Shown here: piece by piece, positions 39,531-50,413 of the stretch
Numbering within the stretch: the first letter of the stretch is position 1
Layout of the letters: each line of letters begins with the position of its first letter
IMG/VR virus record: IMGVR_UViG_3300021440_000013
Location: 1-64,000 of that record
DNA: 64,000 nt
Reading direction: 5' to 3' (one strand)
Notes under the pieces: model-generated
The model's input: only the letters and a program-made list of their open reading frames with translations
What the model was told of the DNA's origin: nothing
The model's database searches: none
Made by a program: the position numbers and the translations under genes

Positions 39531-41189
39531 TTGAATAATAAGAAGGGAAACATCTTGAATCACCTTTTTTCAAGAATGACCAAACGCTATACCCCGCCGA
39601 TGAATCGAGAGATCATGGAAGGGATGGCGATCAGCTCGATGCGCTTCTTAGAAGAGTATTTAGATGCGCAGATTCGTTCGGTCTGCGATGGTCTCCCGGA
39701 TTGTGTTAAGTATTTAAGTTACGAGCGCTGTACACCCGAAGAGGAATTTCAAGAAATCACCAAAGTCCGGAATAACCGTAGAAGCTTTGATCTGGCTAAG
39801 TCCAGTGTTTATTTGGTCAAGTATCACTTTGAGTTCACTGACCAAATGGACCATGTGCATCAGATCACGCGCTACATCTTTTTGCCCTTCGTTAATAACA
39901 CGGGCATTATGCACATCGGCGGGACCCAATATCACATTGTCCCTGTGCTGTCAGACAAAGTCTTTACCCCCGGACGTGACAGTATCTTTGTGCGCCTTAT
40001 GCAGGACCGTAACAACATGTTTCGGATCTATCACACGCTACATATTGATGGAAAGCGTGAATCCAGATACGTGGTGTGGGCGCTTATCTATCGTGGAGAA
40101 AATAAGGATGCGAGAATCACTCGCACCACCAATGCAAAAACGACCCTGTCTCACTACCTCTTCGGTAAGTATGGTTTTTCAGAAACCTTTAGACGCTATG
40201 CAGGCAGTGTGCCTGTCGTAGGTGGTGATGAAATCAACCACGAAACCTATCCGGCGAGTGACTGGATCATTTGTGAGTCAACCGGTGTTAAACCCCTTAC
40301 ATGCACAGATAAGCTTTACCAAAAGAGCCCGATTCGCTTAGCTGTGAAAAGAACGCAGTGGAACGCGTCGATGGAAACGCTGGTTGTAGGTTTTTACTAC
40401 ATCATCGATCACTTCCCGACACGCTTTCAACCGATCGTAAAACACCTCGACATGAGCAGTGAATGGAAGATCATGATTGGCTTCATTCGCTTTAGTGCCC
40501 AGTATGGTGAGGATAAACTCCATCGAGAAATCGTAGAACACTATGAGACCGTCGATGGCTACCTTGACACGGTGGCTAAAAATAAACTCGGAGAAGAAGG
40601 GATCGCACTAGAGAACTACTACGACTTATTACACTACATTCAAGTCAACTTCGGGAACATGGTCAAAGAGAACGAAACCAACGGTCTCTCGGTCTATGGA
40701 AAAACACTTGAAGTCCTGTACTATCTTCTTTATGACATTCTGTATGGTTTTACGATGGTGAAGTTTCGCCTTTGTAAGATTGTGAGTCGTAAAAAGATGC
40801 TTACGCTTAAAGATGTGACGGAGAACTTCCATCGCCGGGTGCGCATGGGCACCGTCTTTAGGCTCTCTTCGAACAAGATCATTACTGAGGCGGTCAGTTA
40901 CGGCGGCGATAACATTTACCCAAAAATCACAGCGATCATCGCGGAGCAAGAAAATCGCGCTGGCGCTAATCGAGGAACTTCTGATCGTGTCGTAGTGGGT
41001 CCGCAACATCGGATCGATTTGTCGATGGTCACGGTCGGCAGTGTACTTAACCTTCCTAAGAGCAATCCTACCCCGCTTGCTCGCATTAACCCTTGGGTAA
41101 CACTTGACCCTAAGACAGGCACGGTCATACCTAACCCCAAGTTCGAGAAACTTCTCGAAGAGAATTACCCGCTCTTTAAACTCTCGTAG
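39531..41189 (+). CDS. rpoB: Non-virion RNA polymerase beta N-terminal subunit (phiKZ gp123-like)
   Basis: IFLPFV..GIMHIGGTQYHIVPVLSDKV beta N-terminal motif; GSVLNLPKSNP...INPW. Confidence 0.8.
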   Translation: MNNKKGNILNHLFSRMTKRYTPPMNREIMEGMAISSMRFLEEYLDAQIRSVCDGLPDCVKYLSYERCTPEEEFQEITKVRNNRRSFDLAKSSVYLVKYHFEFTDQMDHVHQITRYIFLPFVNNTGIMHIGGTQYHIVPVLSDKVFTPGRDSIFVRLMQDRNNMFRIYHTLHIDGKRESRYVVWALIYRGENKDARITRTTNAKTTLSHYLFGKYGFSETFRRYAGSVPVVGGDEINHETYPASDWIICESTGVKPLTCTDKLYQKSPIRLAVKRTQWNASMETLVVGFYYIIDHFPTRFQPIVKHLDMSSEWKIMIGFIRFSAQYGEDKLHREIVEHYETVDGYLDTVAKNKLGEEGIALENYYDLLHYIQVNFGNMVKENETNGLSVYGKTLEVLYYLLYDILYGFTMVKFRLCKIVSRKKMLTLKDVTENFHRRVRMGTVFRLSSNKIITEAVSYGGDNIYPKITAIIAEQENRAGANRGTSDRVVVGPQHRIDLSMVTVGSVLNLPKSNPTPLARINPWVTLDPKTGTVIPNPKFEKLLEENYPLFKLS

Positions 41190-41249
41190 TGTCAGTAGCA
41201 GCTAACGCAGCGCGGCTGCACCCATTAAAAACCATCGGAGTCATGAACC

Positions 41250-43052
41250 ATGTCGATCTTCCCCATAGCCTCTCAGTACACACAAGCGGCGCCACCGTTT
41301 GTCCCGAACATACAAGTTTTCCCTCAGTATAGCCAGTTGGTCATCCCGGCGTGCTCGTTGGTGGCCAATCTTGCTGAGCAAGCAGCGCAGATGACCCAAG
41401 TGCGCGCGTGGATGCTGCAGATTCTCTCGAGCAACGCATGGCAAAATCAAGACTACGCCACAGCGGTTAAGTTTGCCATCGATTACCACATGCACCGAGT
41501 GCTCTCAGGCAAAAGTAGCTTTGGTGATTCTCTCACCAACGACGCCGGTATCGCCCTGACCCTCTACACGAGCTTTGTGGTCTGTACGACCACGGGGTTA
41601 CTCGACAGCGTTGATCCTAATCAACGCCAGCATCTGCAGTCGAACTCAGCACTTTATGTAAGCTTGGTGCAGGAGATCCAAGGGCTTTATCAGAACCAAA
41701 ACACACCTATTGGCCAACAGTCTTTTCAGCGCCCTGGGTTCTGGCAGGGCGCGGTACAACAAAGAGGGGGTGCGTTTGGTCAAGCGCATGTCAACCCGTC
41801 GGCATCTCAAACCTATATGGGGCGAAACACCACGGTACCAACATCTGTTCCGCGTCAAGGGGTTGTGCGTAATGTAACGGGTGAAGCGGCTGTCACAAAG
41901 GCCACTCCTAAGAGAACGCGTGGAAACAACTATGGTGCCGTGATCATCAACCCCATCAAAGAGATGGAAATGATCGACACGTCTCCTCTTGCGCCGGTGT
42001 TCGCTGAGGATGATAAAGTCTTTGATATCTCAGACGACGGTCCGGATTATAGCCGGACCGAAGAGCATGACCCCGTTTCTAGTGGGAAGAAAAACATCAA
42101 TCTCATCGACGCATATCTCGGAGAAAGCGGCATCATGGATCGTGAACTACATAGTCTGCCGTATTTTGGTGAGCACTACGAGACCCTCAAGCCCGTTGGG
42201 CGTGATGTTTTTGAAGCGATCGTCAACGCTGAAGAAGCTGAGGCAGAAAAAGAAGAGATCACTGTAAACGACGTCTGGTTTGTCGAGGCAACGCTCTCTG
42301 AGCTTTTGAATGTGGCATGGGTAAAAGCGCTGGGTAGCCCTCCTGGTCAAACACCGGTCCAACACTTTCACGGCTTCGTGGTCACGCCGGTGATTGGTCG
42401 AGCCAACCTGAAAGCCTATTTCGAGAAGATCCGGCCGGTGGTGACATTTGCCGACTTTTCGATTCAGTCCAAAGCATACATCAAGGCTGTTTCTGAAAGG
42501 ACAGATGGCGCGCGTGAACTGAAAGACACACTGGCCGCCATCGCACAGGTTGATCGCGTCTTGACAAAGATGCTGAATCACTTTTTGCTCGAAGTGATCC
42601 CGGTGCCGGTGTTTTCGATCGACAGCGCGATCCAAGACGGCTCTGAGGTTGTTAAAAACCTGAACGCAAGCGAAGCCAGTGGTTACCTCAACACCTTTAT
42701 GCGTTATCAACGTGCGGTGTTTGAGACGTTCTTCAAACACACCCGTCTTGAAAACGACAGTTTCTCTGGCGTAGTGGAGTACGAGCACGATGAAAGCGTC
42801 TTCATTGATCAGATCGCGGAGTCGTACTCGATCCTTTATATGGATGGTTCTCCTGGGGAGTTTAAGCTGTTGGAACACGACAGCCAGCTCGATATCACAT
42901 TGCATCAACTGATGCGCCGACTTGTGGAGGCAACCAGCGTGCTGGATAATAAAAAAATCATGGCAACGCGTCACATCTTGCTGTTTAGCGACGGCAGCCA
43001 TTACGACATGGTGAAGAAAGCGGATGGCAATCACCAACTGAAGCGGATGTGA
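41250..43052 (+). CDS. Hypothetical protein downstream of nvRNAP beta
   Basis: 600-aa ORF with low-complexity Q/G linker. Confidence 0.65.
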   Translation: MSIFPIASQYTQAAPPFVPNIQVFPQYSQLVIPACSLVANLAEQAAQMTQVRAWMLQILSSNAWQNQDYATAVKFAIDYHMHRVLSGKSSFGDSLTNDAGIALTLYTSFVVCTTTGLLDSVDPNQRQHLQSNSALYVSLVQEIQGLYQNQNTPIGQQSFQRPGFWQGAVQQRGGAFGQAHVNPSASQTYMGRNTTVPTSVPRQGVVRNVTGEAAVTKATPKRTRGNNYGAVIINPIKEMEMIDTSPLAPVFAEDDKVFDISDDGPDYSRTEEHDPVSSGKKNINLIDAYLGESGIMDRELHSLPYFGEHYETLKPVGRDVFEAIVNAEEAEAEKEEITVNDVWFVEATLSELLNVAWVKALGSPPGQTPVQHFHGFVVTPVIGRANLKAYFEKIRPVVTFADFSIQSKAYIKAVSERTDGARELKDTLAAIAQVDRVLTKMLNHFLLEVIPVPVFSIDSAIQDGSEVVKNLNASEASGYLNTFMRYQRAVFETFFKHTRLENDSFSGVVEYEHDESVFIDQIAESYSILYMDGSPGEFKLLEHDSQLDITLHQLMRRLVEATSVLDNKKIMATRHILLFSDGSHYDMVKKADGNHQLKRM

Positions 43053-43685
43053 ATGATGAGTTCAGAACTGGAATGCCATCGTTTCCGTTCTGAACTGAGT
43101 TCCGTACAAGAAGAGAGCGTCAAGTGTTACCTGAGTCGAACGACGCTCCTTTGGAACTACATTGTTCAGGCGATGACGCAAGACGCGCGTGAGTTTGTTA
43201 AAGAGCCGGCATCGGAGGCTTCGGATGTTGTGTTTTTCACTAAGCTCATGGCGCATTTTGACTTGATCACCACGGGAGATATCGGTAAGGTCGAAAACAA
43301 ATGGAAGAAGTTTGTTTCTCAGTTACGTGAACTTCCTCAGTCGGTGCTTATCCACCGACTGAAGGATCTGGTTTGGGCGTATGAGACCGCTAAGAAACAC
43401 TACAGCTCAGACATCAAGAACCCGACACGTCTTCCTAAGAATAAAACGGTCAATAGCAGTCAGTCCGTTCGTTTCAGTCCGACGCACTTTACGATCAATG
43501 GTGACATGGTAACGATCGAGGCGCCCTTTAAATTTGAGATCATGCTTTCGGGTTTGAATGAAAAGCGGGATCCCGACAAGCTCTATACCTTCTCGATTAC
43601 CCGACGTCAGGTCAGTTTTGAAGAAGATATGGGACCTGCGCCAAAGAGCACCTCGTACGTGTTTACATTGAAAGAGATTGAATAA
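43053..43685 (+). CDS. Hypothetical protein
   Basis: 210-aa ORF abutting the previous gene. Confidence 0.6.
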   Translation: MMSSELECHRFRSELSSVQEESVKCYLSRTTLLWNYIVQAMTQDAREFVKEPASEASDVVFFTKLMAHFDLITTGDIGKVENKWKKFVSQLRELPQSVLIHRLKDLVWAYETAKKHYSSDIKNPTRLPKNKTVNSSQSVRFSPTHFTINGDMVTIEAPFKFEIMLSGLNEKRDPDKLYTFSITRRQVSFEEDMGPAPKSTSYVFTLKEIE

Positions 43686-43695
43686 GTGACATCGG

Positions 43696-43736
43696 ATAAG
43701 AGAGGGGCTAAAACCCCCTCTCTTATTTTCTTTTTT
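43696..43736. terminator. Bidirectional terminator
   Basis: ATAAGAGAGGGG-loop-CCCCTCTCTTAT followed by a T tract. Confidence 0.85.
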
Positions 43737-43744
43737 ACCTTTAT

Positions 43745-46594
43745 TTAACCAAAGGGGCTGTTATTTGACATTTCATCAGAAGGCGATTCCGTTGAACCTT
43801 CCTCTTTAGCTTCAGCGCCTTGAGGCGCAGCTTCTCCCGCACCGAGTTCTTCATCAGCGCTCTCAAAGGGATTACCACCCCCCATCTCGTCGGATCCCTC
43901 TTCGCCCCCAAACGCGCCACCGTCAGAAAACTCTTCTGAACCCCCTTCTTCACCGGAATCCGAACCACCTGAACTTCCGCCTCCGCTGGGCTCAGCACCG
44001 ATGGCTGCAAGATCCTTATCCGACGCAGCTTTAGCAGCCTGCATCTTCTTTAGGAAGCCTGCGATATTGAGCATCACATTCTTGTTGTAAGAAGTGACGG
44101 TGGTGAGAAGATCCGCCATGGGCTTACCGTCCTCGGCGATGTCGGTAATATCGAACGCTTCAGGCGTGTAGTTATTCTCCGCCATCCACTTACGCATGAG
44201 CGCTGCTTTCCACGCCGTTTTGATGGTATCGGCATACTGGCTTGACTGACCCGCCAGATCGCTCGGCAACACATCGGCACTAAAGATGTACTGGAGCGAT
44301 TTATCCAGCGCCTCTTCATACTGCTCAAGCGCGGCTTTTTGCGAAGCGTTACGGGTACTCTCAGGCTTAGGTAGATCCACCTCTAACGAGTCGATAAAGA
44401 CCTCCAGCACGTAGCCAATAAAACCATTTGGATTAGCTGCCAAGAATTCACGCTCTTCGTCTCCTAGGACACTTTCAATCTCGCCCTTATTTTCAAGGAT
44501 GATCTTCATAAGCCCCTTCAGGATTTCTTGGTCATGCTTGATGAGCTTTTGAACAAAGTCGGTCAAATCCTTCGAGAAGGTGTTTGAGAGCGACGTGATC
44601 CGTCGCGCAAAGAGGATACTGTTTTGCTCGATGGTCGTAGCGAACTCGGCTTTGGCTGCTGAGTCAACCGTTTCAGGTGAAAGACCCAGATGCATATATT
44701 GCTGATAGCGCAGCATCTCATCGAGGTCATCATCTGGCATGGTATGCTGGATGTTCTTTGACTCAAAATTAAACGAGGTCGTAGGCAAGCCTGGGTGGTT
44801 CTCAAAGGCAAATTCAATACCCGCTCTCTGAATCCAGTCGGTCAGATCGACCACGCGGTTAAGCCCGTGTGGGAAATACTGCTGCCGAGCTTTGGCAACC
44901 AAGTGCTTTGCCATCTCGATGGTCTTAACGGGATCACGGTCTCGTTCATCGAGTTTGATCGTTGCTAAGGTTGTCGTTATAGACGACTTAACCTTAGCCA
45001 TGACTTTAGAGAAAAGCACCATCGCGCGAAGGCTGGTGATGTTCGACAAATCGTCGAGGTAGGATTTACCGACACCGTTACGATGAAAGTTAAACGCGAA
45101 GTAGGTGACGTAATCCGCCGGAATATAGATCAAGCGAGTGTATTGACCTGAGAGCGTTCTAGCGAGCATGACGCGATAGATCTCGTTATTACGTCCAATG
45201 GTGAGCTTGCGGCTGTAGACGCCCTTAGAGAGCCTCTCAAGTAGGTCAGCTTCGATGATATTGGCGTAGAGTTCAGAGATATGGTCGATCACGGGCACGA
45301 AGCTGTCGCTGCCTAGATTTCTTTTTGCTTTCTCGGTCAAGAGGCTGGCTGTCGTGGTGTTGGAGCGATCCGATTGAAGGATCGATGACAGACCCCCTCC
45401 GGAGTCATACCCGACCGAGTCCACCGTGACAGGGTTGCCATCCACATCCGACGGAATAAAGTAACCGATGTGTTCTGACGGATTACCGGGAACATGTACA
45501 GGGATGGCCGCCTCAGAAGGAATGGTCATCACTAGAGGACGCCCCACGCTCTTACGCTTAAGGTTAAGGGGTGTCGGAATGCGTACAAAGGGTTTATAGT
45601 CAGCTTTGCCTGACTTATAGACCATACTGCCAATCTCACCGGGTGTGGCTTTACCTTCTTTTTTCTTTTCTCGGAATTCGTAATACGACTCCATGGCCAA
45701 AGCGCCAATCTCACTGAGCGCCGAGGGCGTGAGCCTTTCAATTTGCTGACGAGTGGCCTTTTCAATTAGGCGAGGTAGCTTAAGCGCATGGTAATTATCA
45801 GAGACCTCAATACTCGTTGATAAAAGCTCTTTAAACTTATCGAACTCAACAACCTCGCTCTTGTGTGTAAAGCCGATATGAAGCGCGCCATTATAGGTCT
45901 CTTTAGCGGCACTGCTAAACATCGATTCAAGCGCAAACTTAGCTTTGGATTGGGTGTCGTTGGTGTCACCCAGGAAGCCCAGGTTACGTAACACAAAACG
46001 ATCTTGTCGTTGACTAAAGATATCGGACGAATAGATCGATTCGGTTGAAATGACCTTTGCGGAATTAATGAGTTCGTCGACAGCGGATTCAGGGAGCGTA
46101 AGCCGTACGTGAGAGCCTGTTTTAAAAAGCGCGTCTCTTAAAATGGTCTGTAGGTCATCCTTAAGCTTATATTGCCCATCGACTTCAGCGTGAACATATT
46201 CAACTAACTTCGCTGTAACCTGAGAAGGAAGAACCGACGTAGCGGTTCGGTAGATAAGCTCGTGGCCGACCATATCCTTTGGTGACAGGACCGAGCTGAC
46301 TACAATCTGAACGGCCAGTTCAATGTCGGGAAAGAGTTTGAAGATATTTTCATTATCCTCGACCCTCGACATGACGACTTTCGAGATCTGCTCGATCCCA
46401 GTGCTGATCATCCCGACTTCAGCGTTTTCATCCGTGAGACGAAATGTTCCGCGGTCTCTACCCGGTTTAACGAGCTTACTGATCAGTGCGGCTTGATCGA
46501 GATTTTTGAGGATGGCGCTGGCAGGTTGTGTGGAGCCCGCTTTATTGGCGATCCCTCGAAGTTCAGCGATTACACTCTCATCGGTCTTTGGCAT
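43745..46594 (-). CDS. Portal protein (phiKZ gp129-like)
   Basis: LFPDIELAVQIVVSSVLSPKD, P.EA.IPVHVPG.P..HIGYF, YFAF..NGVGKS, LGLSPETVD motifs; ATG 46594 likely. Confidence 0.8.
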   Translation of the reverse strand: MPKTDESVIAELRGIANKAGSTQPASAILKNLDQAALISKLVKPGRDRGTFRLTDENAEVGMISTGIEQISKVVMSRVEDNENIFKLFPDIELAVQIVVSSVLSPKDMVGHELIYRTATSVLPSQVTAKLVEYVHAEVDGQYKLKDDLQTILRDALFKTGSHVRLTLPESAVDELINSAKVISTESIYSSDIFSQRQDRFVLRNLGFLGDTNDTQSKAKFALESMFSSAAKETYNGALHIGFTHKSEVVEFDKFKELLSTSIEVSDNYHALKLPRLIEKATRQQIERLTPSALSEIGALAMESYYEFREKKKEGKATPGEIGSMVYKSGKADYKPFVRIPTPLNLKRKSVGRPLVMTIPSEAAIPVHVPGNPSEHIGYFIPSDVDGNPVTVDSVGYDSGGGLSSILQSDRSNTTTASLLTEKAKRNLGSDSFVPVIDHISELYANIIEADLLERLSKGVYSRKLTIGRNNEIYRVMLARTLSGQYTRLIYIPADYVTYFAFNFHRNGVGKSYLDDLSNITSLRAMVLFSKVMAKVKSSITTTLATIKLDERDRDPVKTIEMAKHLVAKARQQYFPHGLNRVVDLTDWIQRAGIEFAFENHPGLPTTSFNFESKNIQHTMPDDDLDEMLRYQQYMHLGLSPETVDSAAKAEFATTIEQNSILFARRITSLSNTFSKDLTDFVQKLIKHDQEILKGLMKIILENKGEIESVLGDEEREFLAANPNGFIGYVLEVFIDSLEVDLPKPESTRNASQKAALEQYEEALDKSLQYIFSADVLPSDLAGQSSQYADTIKTAWKAALMRKWMAENNYTPEAFDITDIAEDGKPMADLLTTVTSYNKNVMLNIAGFLKKMQAAKAASDKDLAAIGAEPSGGGSSGGSDSGEEGGSEEFSDGGAFGGEEGSDEMGGGNPFESADEELGAGEAAPQGAEAKEEGSTESPSDEMSNNSPFG

Positions 46595-46644
46595 AGGAGT
46601 TCTTTCAAATGGAAAGTATTCAAAACGGCTACCTAGGTGCATAC

Positions 46645-48810
46645 ATGGAGAACAACTTACTCCTTGTGCGCACGATGGTAGTCAAACTAAAAGAAGCAGC
46701 GAGTCTTTTTAATGAAGCTGTAGTCACGCGATATGGCATGGATGCCGTAAATACACTCTACCCTAAAACGTGGAAGTATTACATGAACATTGCGGGGCTC
46801 TATCACCCCACTGACACCATGATGGTCGTACCGTCAATGGATACCTTGGAATTGATAGAATTTACAAAAGAAAACCTCGAGATCCATACCGCAACAAAGA
46901 AGGCGTATCAATTTGGTTCACGGCAATACTATTCCCTTGTCACGCAGTATCCGGAGCAGGAGTTTTTGATTAACGGGGTTCTTAACCCGGTTGACATGGA
47001 TCTGGCGATAAAAAGCGAGAACGGCACGATCCTAGGGTATCCTCGAGGTCTCGTCGAAGATAACGAGACCTCGTTGATCAGTGAACTCGAAGGGTTTATA
47101 AAGAGTCAGATTCATCGCTGGTTCAATACTCAGTTCATCATGTCGGACAATTTGTTTTGCAGCGTGTTCTTTACGTCGCTGCATGCGTTTGTTTTACCCA
47201 AGCTGTTAAATTTACGTTTAAAGCGCTGTAAGACCAACGAAGTGCATAGCTTTCATGTACGGATGTACTTGGCAAGCCACTTTGGTTTAGACCGATATCT
47301 GCCCTATCTCACGCAAAAACAAGCCCTTTGGCTATATCGAAATATCCGCTATATTGAACGCAACCCCGGTAAAGCCAAGACGCTCTTTAAACTGATCCAA
47401 GAAATCCTAACGCGGCGTGGAGTTCCGATCGGTGAATACTCGGTCAGGCATCTCGATGCGTTTAATGACGATTACACGCCTAAACAGATCGCACGGATCA
47501 AACTCATCAATAACGATCAAAATACCCTCTCAAGCGACACCCATTCGGTTGAGGCACTTTTTGATAAAGAGCTTAACAAAGCTTCTGGTAACACCGATTA
47601 TCTTGATGCGTTTCGTGAACGCGATCTTGAGAGACTAAGAACTTCGAGCTCAGCGATCACACAGACCAAGGTGCTTCACTCATCGATGGTGGATTACGGC
47701 GGATCGATTCCTGAGCCTTTTGAAATGATCGCGCTGCGTGAATGGTGTCATCTTTCAATGTCGGGGCACTACGAGGTCTCGGTCTCTTTTAAGGATCCCA
47801 AGACCTCAGAGACCCATACGCTCTTTGCCAAAGATGCATTTGCCTACATGCAGTATCTTGCGTTAAATGCGGCGGGATTGACGTTGGAGGTATTTCCCGA
47901 TTACCTTAACATGCAGCAGCGGCGCCATCCAAAACCCACTGTTAGCGAACTGCTTTCTTTGGTTGATTTTAAGAAGCGTGATCTTTTTAAAGTCGCACAG
48001 CGCTTAATCAGTGGCCAGCCTAGTATAGAGGCGTTTTACTCGGTGACAGCCTTTAGAAACTATGTCGAGACCCTCACCGATGAGGCGTACTACCACTGGC
48101 TACTGATCTCTTCAATCGAAGATCATTTTGAGCGTGCGTTAGTTGAAAATATGGTGCGTCGTCTTTATGAGGATGAGCGCATTACGTTTACGTTAAAAAC
48201 CCTTAACGTGGATGAGTGGTTAGCGTCGCTCAATCTACCCCAATACGACAGAACATCGGCCGACGCTGAGAGTCTAGTCCAGTTAATCTTTGAGGCATCA
48301 ACGGGGTACTCGGTCGATTCAGCACGAATGCTTAAGAATATTCAGCGCTCACTGATTGATCTAATGACGGAGCTCTCAAGTTATACGGTTCAATTTACGC
48401 GCGAGATTAATGAAGACCGCATTATTAATGTGGCGTGGCCCGCTGTGCGCTTTGGCAACCAGAGCGCACAACAATCCGATTTTCGCTATGTTGACAACGG
48501 TGTCATTTCTACTTCATCGAGTGGATCTCTGTCATCAAGTTGTCAGATCGGCATCGATACCAGCACCTTACTTGAAACCAAGCCTTCAAATACACGACTC
48601 AGTACCGTCGTGCAAATTGACCCAGCGAGCTCACACGTCTCAAGCATGCGTTTGATTGAGGGTGTCGATCTGGTTGGACCCCCCATCGAAATGCGTATCA
48701 CCTATCCTGGGCAAGACATGGCGTTGGAGATAAAGACACAACTTCCAGGCTATACGACATTTGATCGTCTGCCTGAGTCCGCCCGTTCTCAGTTAAAATC
48801 CATCTACTAA
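46645..48810 (+). CDS. Virion structural protein (gp128-like, baseplate-related)
   Basis: WKYYMNIAGLYH..D, RLKRCKTNEVHSFH..YLASH, QALWLYRNIRYI motifs. Confidence 0.7.
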   Translation: MENNLLLVRTMVVKLKEAASLFNEAVVTRYGMDAVNTLYPKTWKYYMNIAGLYHPTDTMMVVPSMDTLELIEFTKENLEIHTATKKAYQFGSRQYYSLVTQYPEQEFLINGVLNPVDMDLAIKSENGTILGYPRGLVEDNETSLISELEGFIKSQIHRWFNTQFIMSDNLFCSVFFTSLHAFVLPKLLNLRLKRCKTNEVHSFHVRMYLASHFGLDRYLPYLTQKQALWLYRNIRYIERNPGKAKTLFKLIQEILTRRGVPIGEYSVRHLDAFNDDYTPKQIARIKLINNDQNTLSSDTHSVEALFDKELNKASGNTDYLDAFRERDLERLRTSSSAITQTKVLHSSMVDYGGSIPEPFEMIALREWCHLSMSGHYEVSVSFKDPKTSETHTLFAKDAFAYMQYLALNAAGLTLEVFPDYLNMQQRRHPKPTVSELLSLVDFKKRDLFKVAQRLISGQPSIEAFYSVTAFRNYVETLTDEAYYHWLLISSIEDHFERALVENMVRRLYEDERITFTLKTLNVDEWLASLNLPQYDRTSADAESLVQLIFEASTGYSVDSARMLKNIQRSLIDLMTELSSYTVQFTREINEDRIINVAWPAVRFGNQSAQQSDFRYVDNGVISTSSSGSLSSSCQIGIDTSTLLETKPSNTRLSTVVQIDPASSHVSSMRLIEGVDLVGPPIEMRITYPGQDMALEIKTQLPGYTTFDRLPESARSQLKSIY

Positions 48811-48821
48811 GGAGTGCTATC

Positions 48822-49679
48822 TTGAGTAATACCAACGTTGTTCGTACCGCCATCGCTTCATTGATGCAAACCGGTCAGTATATTGGCACCAGTGTTCCGA
48901 AGCTCCCTAACTCCACACTCAACCAGAAGCTCGACATCCATCAAGATATCGAGCTGGCTGCGGGTGATGTACCGAGTGTGCGTTATCTGGCCATCGGGAA
49001 CGGCGGCCATGGTTTTATTGTAGGTGCCAACGGTCATGTGAAATGGAAGGCCGTTCATCATAAGGCCCGTCATACCGCGTTGTACAACCAACTGCCTTTT
49101 GTACTGCGGCGCCTAGATGAGGATCTCTCACCGACCGAGCGTTTGCGGTATCGTCTACGTCGTATTGAAACCCACAATGGTGTTCAGTACGCCGCTTATT
49201 ATCTGCGTGTACTCGATATCAGTACGACCGATGTGCTCGCTGAGCTTCGTCACGTGGAAGACGGTGTTACCACGTCGACCCCCTGGACGCCGACACTCGA
49301 GGATCTGAACCCCATGCCGCCGACTCTGGTAGCGGGTGAAGCGGTTACGACCACCGGGGATTATATCGCCTCAACCGCTAAGATCCCTTTCTTGATGTCG
49401 GCTGACGATGTTGCGGAGTTTGTCAATGCCGTCAAGATTATTGAAGGCGACGATGGCTATGCGGTTATTAGTGAGGTGGCCACGGTCTCGGGTGTCGATC
49501 GCTCCGTAGTTGGTAATATTGGTGGTGCAAACCAAGCTTACACCGATGTAATCTACGCCCAAGTTACTTCGTTTATCTCTACGGCCTGGGTGATGGAATA
49601 CCAGACCGACGGCGTCGCCTTGACCATCGACGTGGGTAACGTCGAGGCACTTCTCGATGTGTCCGTAGCAGGTATCTAA
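48822..49679 (+). CDS. Virion structural protein (gp139-like)
   Basis: NSTLNQKL, YLAIGNGGH, LYNQLPFVLR..DL...R..YRLR motifs; AAGGAG SD with TTG start. Confidence 0.7.
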   Translation: MSNTNVVRTAIASLMQTGQYIGTSVPKLPNSTLNQKLDIHQDIELAAGDVPSVRYLAIGNGGHGFIVGANGHVKWKAVHHKARHTALYNQLPFVLRRLDEDLSPTERLRYRLRRIETHNGVQYAAYYLRVLDISTTDVLAELRHVEDGVTTSTPWTPTLEDLNPMPPTLVAGEAVTTTGDYIASTAKIPFLMSADDVAEFVNAVKIIEGDDGYAVISEVATVSGVDRSVVGNIGGANQAYTDVIYAQVTSFISTAWVMEYQTDGVALTIDVGNVEALLDVSVAGI

Positions 49680-49710
49680 AAAGACTAGACTATCCATCCG
49701 TCTAAAAACG

Positions 49711-50307
49711 GTGGATAGTCTTCTTTACACGACTATGTTTACGCTACCCAGTCATCAAAAAGCAATGACCCTTTTGGCGATCGATCCGGGTTTAAATAAC
49801 ACGGGTGTCGCTGTTTTTAAGCTCAACCTAGATCCCTTTGAGATTGTGTCGATCAATGCGCTCACGCTTCAAGCACAGCGTTTGATTGATACGAGCGGGC
49901 TGGATGATGAAGACTACGCGGAGCGGGCACATAAACGTTACAGCATGGCGCATGCTTTAAAGTCAATTATCGTTCGAGAAAACCCATCAGCCATTGCGTG
50001 TGAGAGTCCTTTTTTCGATCGAAGAAAACCATCGAGCTTCGCGGTGTTGACAGAAGTGCTCATCACCTATTACGACACGGCGGTTAAGGTAAACCCAGCG
50101 GTCCGTTTCTCCTACGTGGAACCCCTCCTAGTTAAAAAGATTTTAGGCGTGGCAGGTCAAAAAGGCAAGGAGCCCGTTCGAGAATCTATGGAAAAACAAG
50201 ATTTTCTAAGTAAGTTAACGCAGCGTCTAGACGATCTGGATGAACACGCGGTTGACGCCATCGGGGTAGGGATCACGTACATTAAAGTTAAGAGCGGTCT
50301 GGTATGA
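49711..50307 (+). CDS. ruvC: RuvC-like Holliday junction resolvase
   Basis: LAIDPGLNNTG, IACESPF, VKK..G..G.K, DEHAVDAIGVG catalytic motifs. Confidence 0.85.
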   Translation: MDSLLYTTMFTLPSHQKAMTLLAIDPGLNNTGVAVFKLNLDPFEIVSINALTLQAQRLIDTSGLDDEDYAERAHKRYSMAHALKSIIVRENPSAIACESPFFDRRKPSSFAVLTEVLITYYDTAVKVNPAVRFSYVEPLLVKKILGVAGQKGKEPVRESMEKQDFLSKLTQRLDDLDEHAVDAIGVGITYIKVKSGLV

Positions 50308-50399
50308 AAGAGTTGGCTTTTCTTTTGGGCGTTATCGCCGCCGCGGGCACTTTTCTCTATTGGTTTGTAGAAAGTGGAACGATCAAGTATCTTAATTAA
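50304..50399 (+). CDS. Small single-TM peptide (31 aa), not in ORF track
   Basis: ATGA overlap with the ruvC stop; MKELAFLLGVIAAAGTFLYWFVESGTIKYLN*. Confidence 0.55.
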   Translation: MKELAFLLGVIAAAGTFLYWFVESGTIKYLN

Positions 50400-50413
50400 A
50401 GAAAGGGATTAAC

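Noticed and set aside
15105-41189. Inteins or introns in the RNAP and DNA polymerase genes
   Set aside because: Sizes fit uninterrupted subunits; no splice motifs or homing endonuclease ORFs recognised
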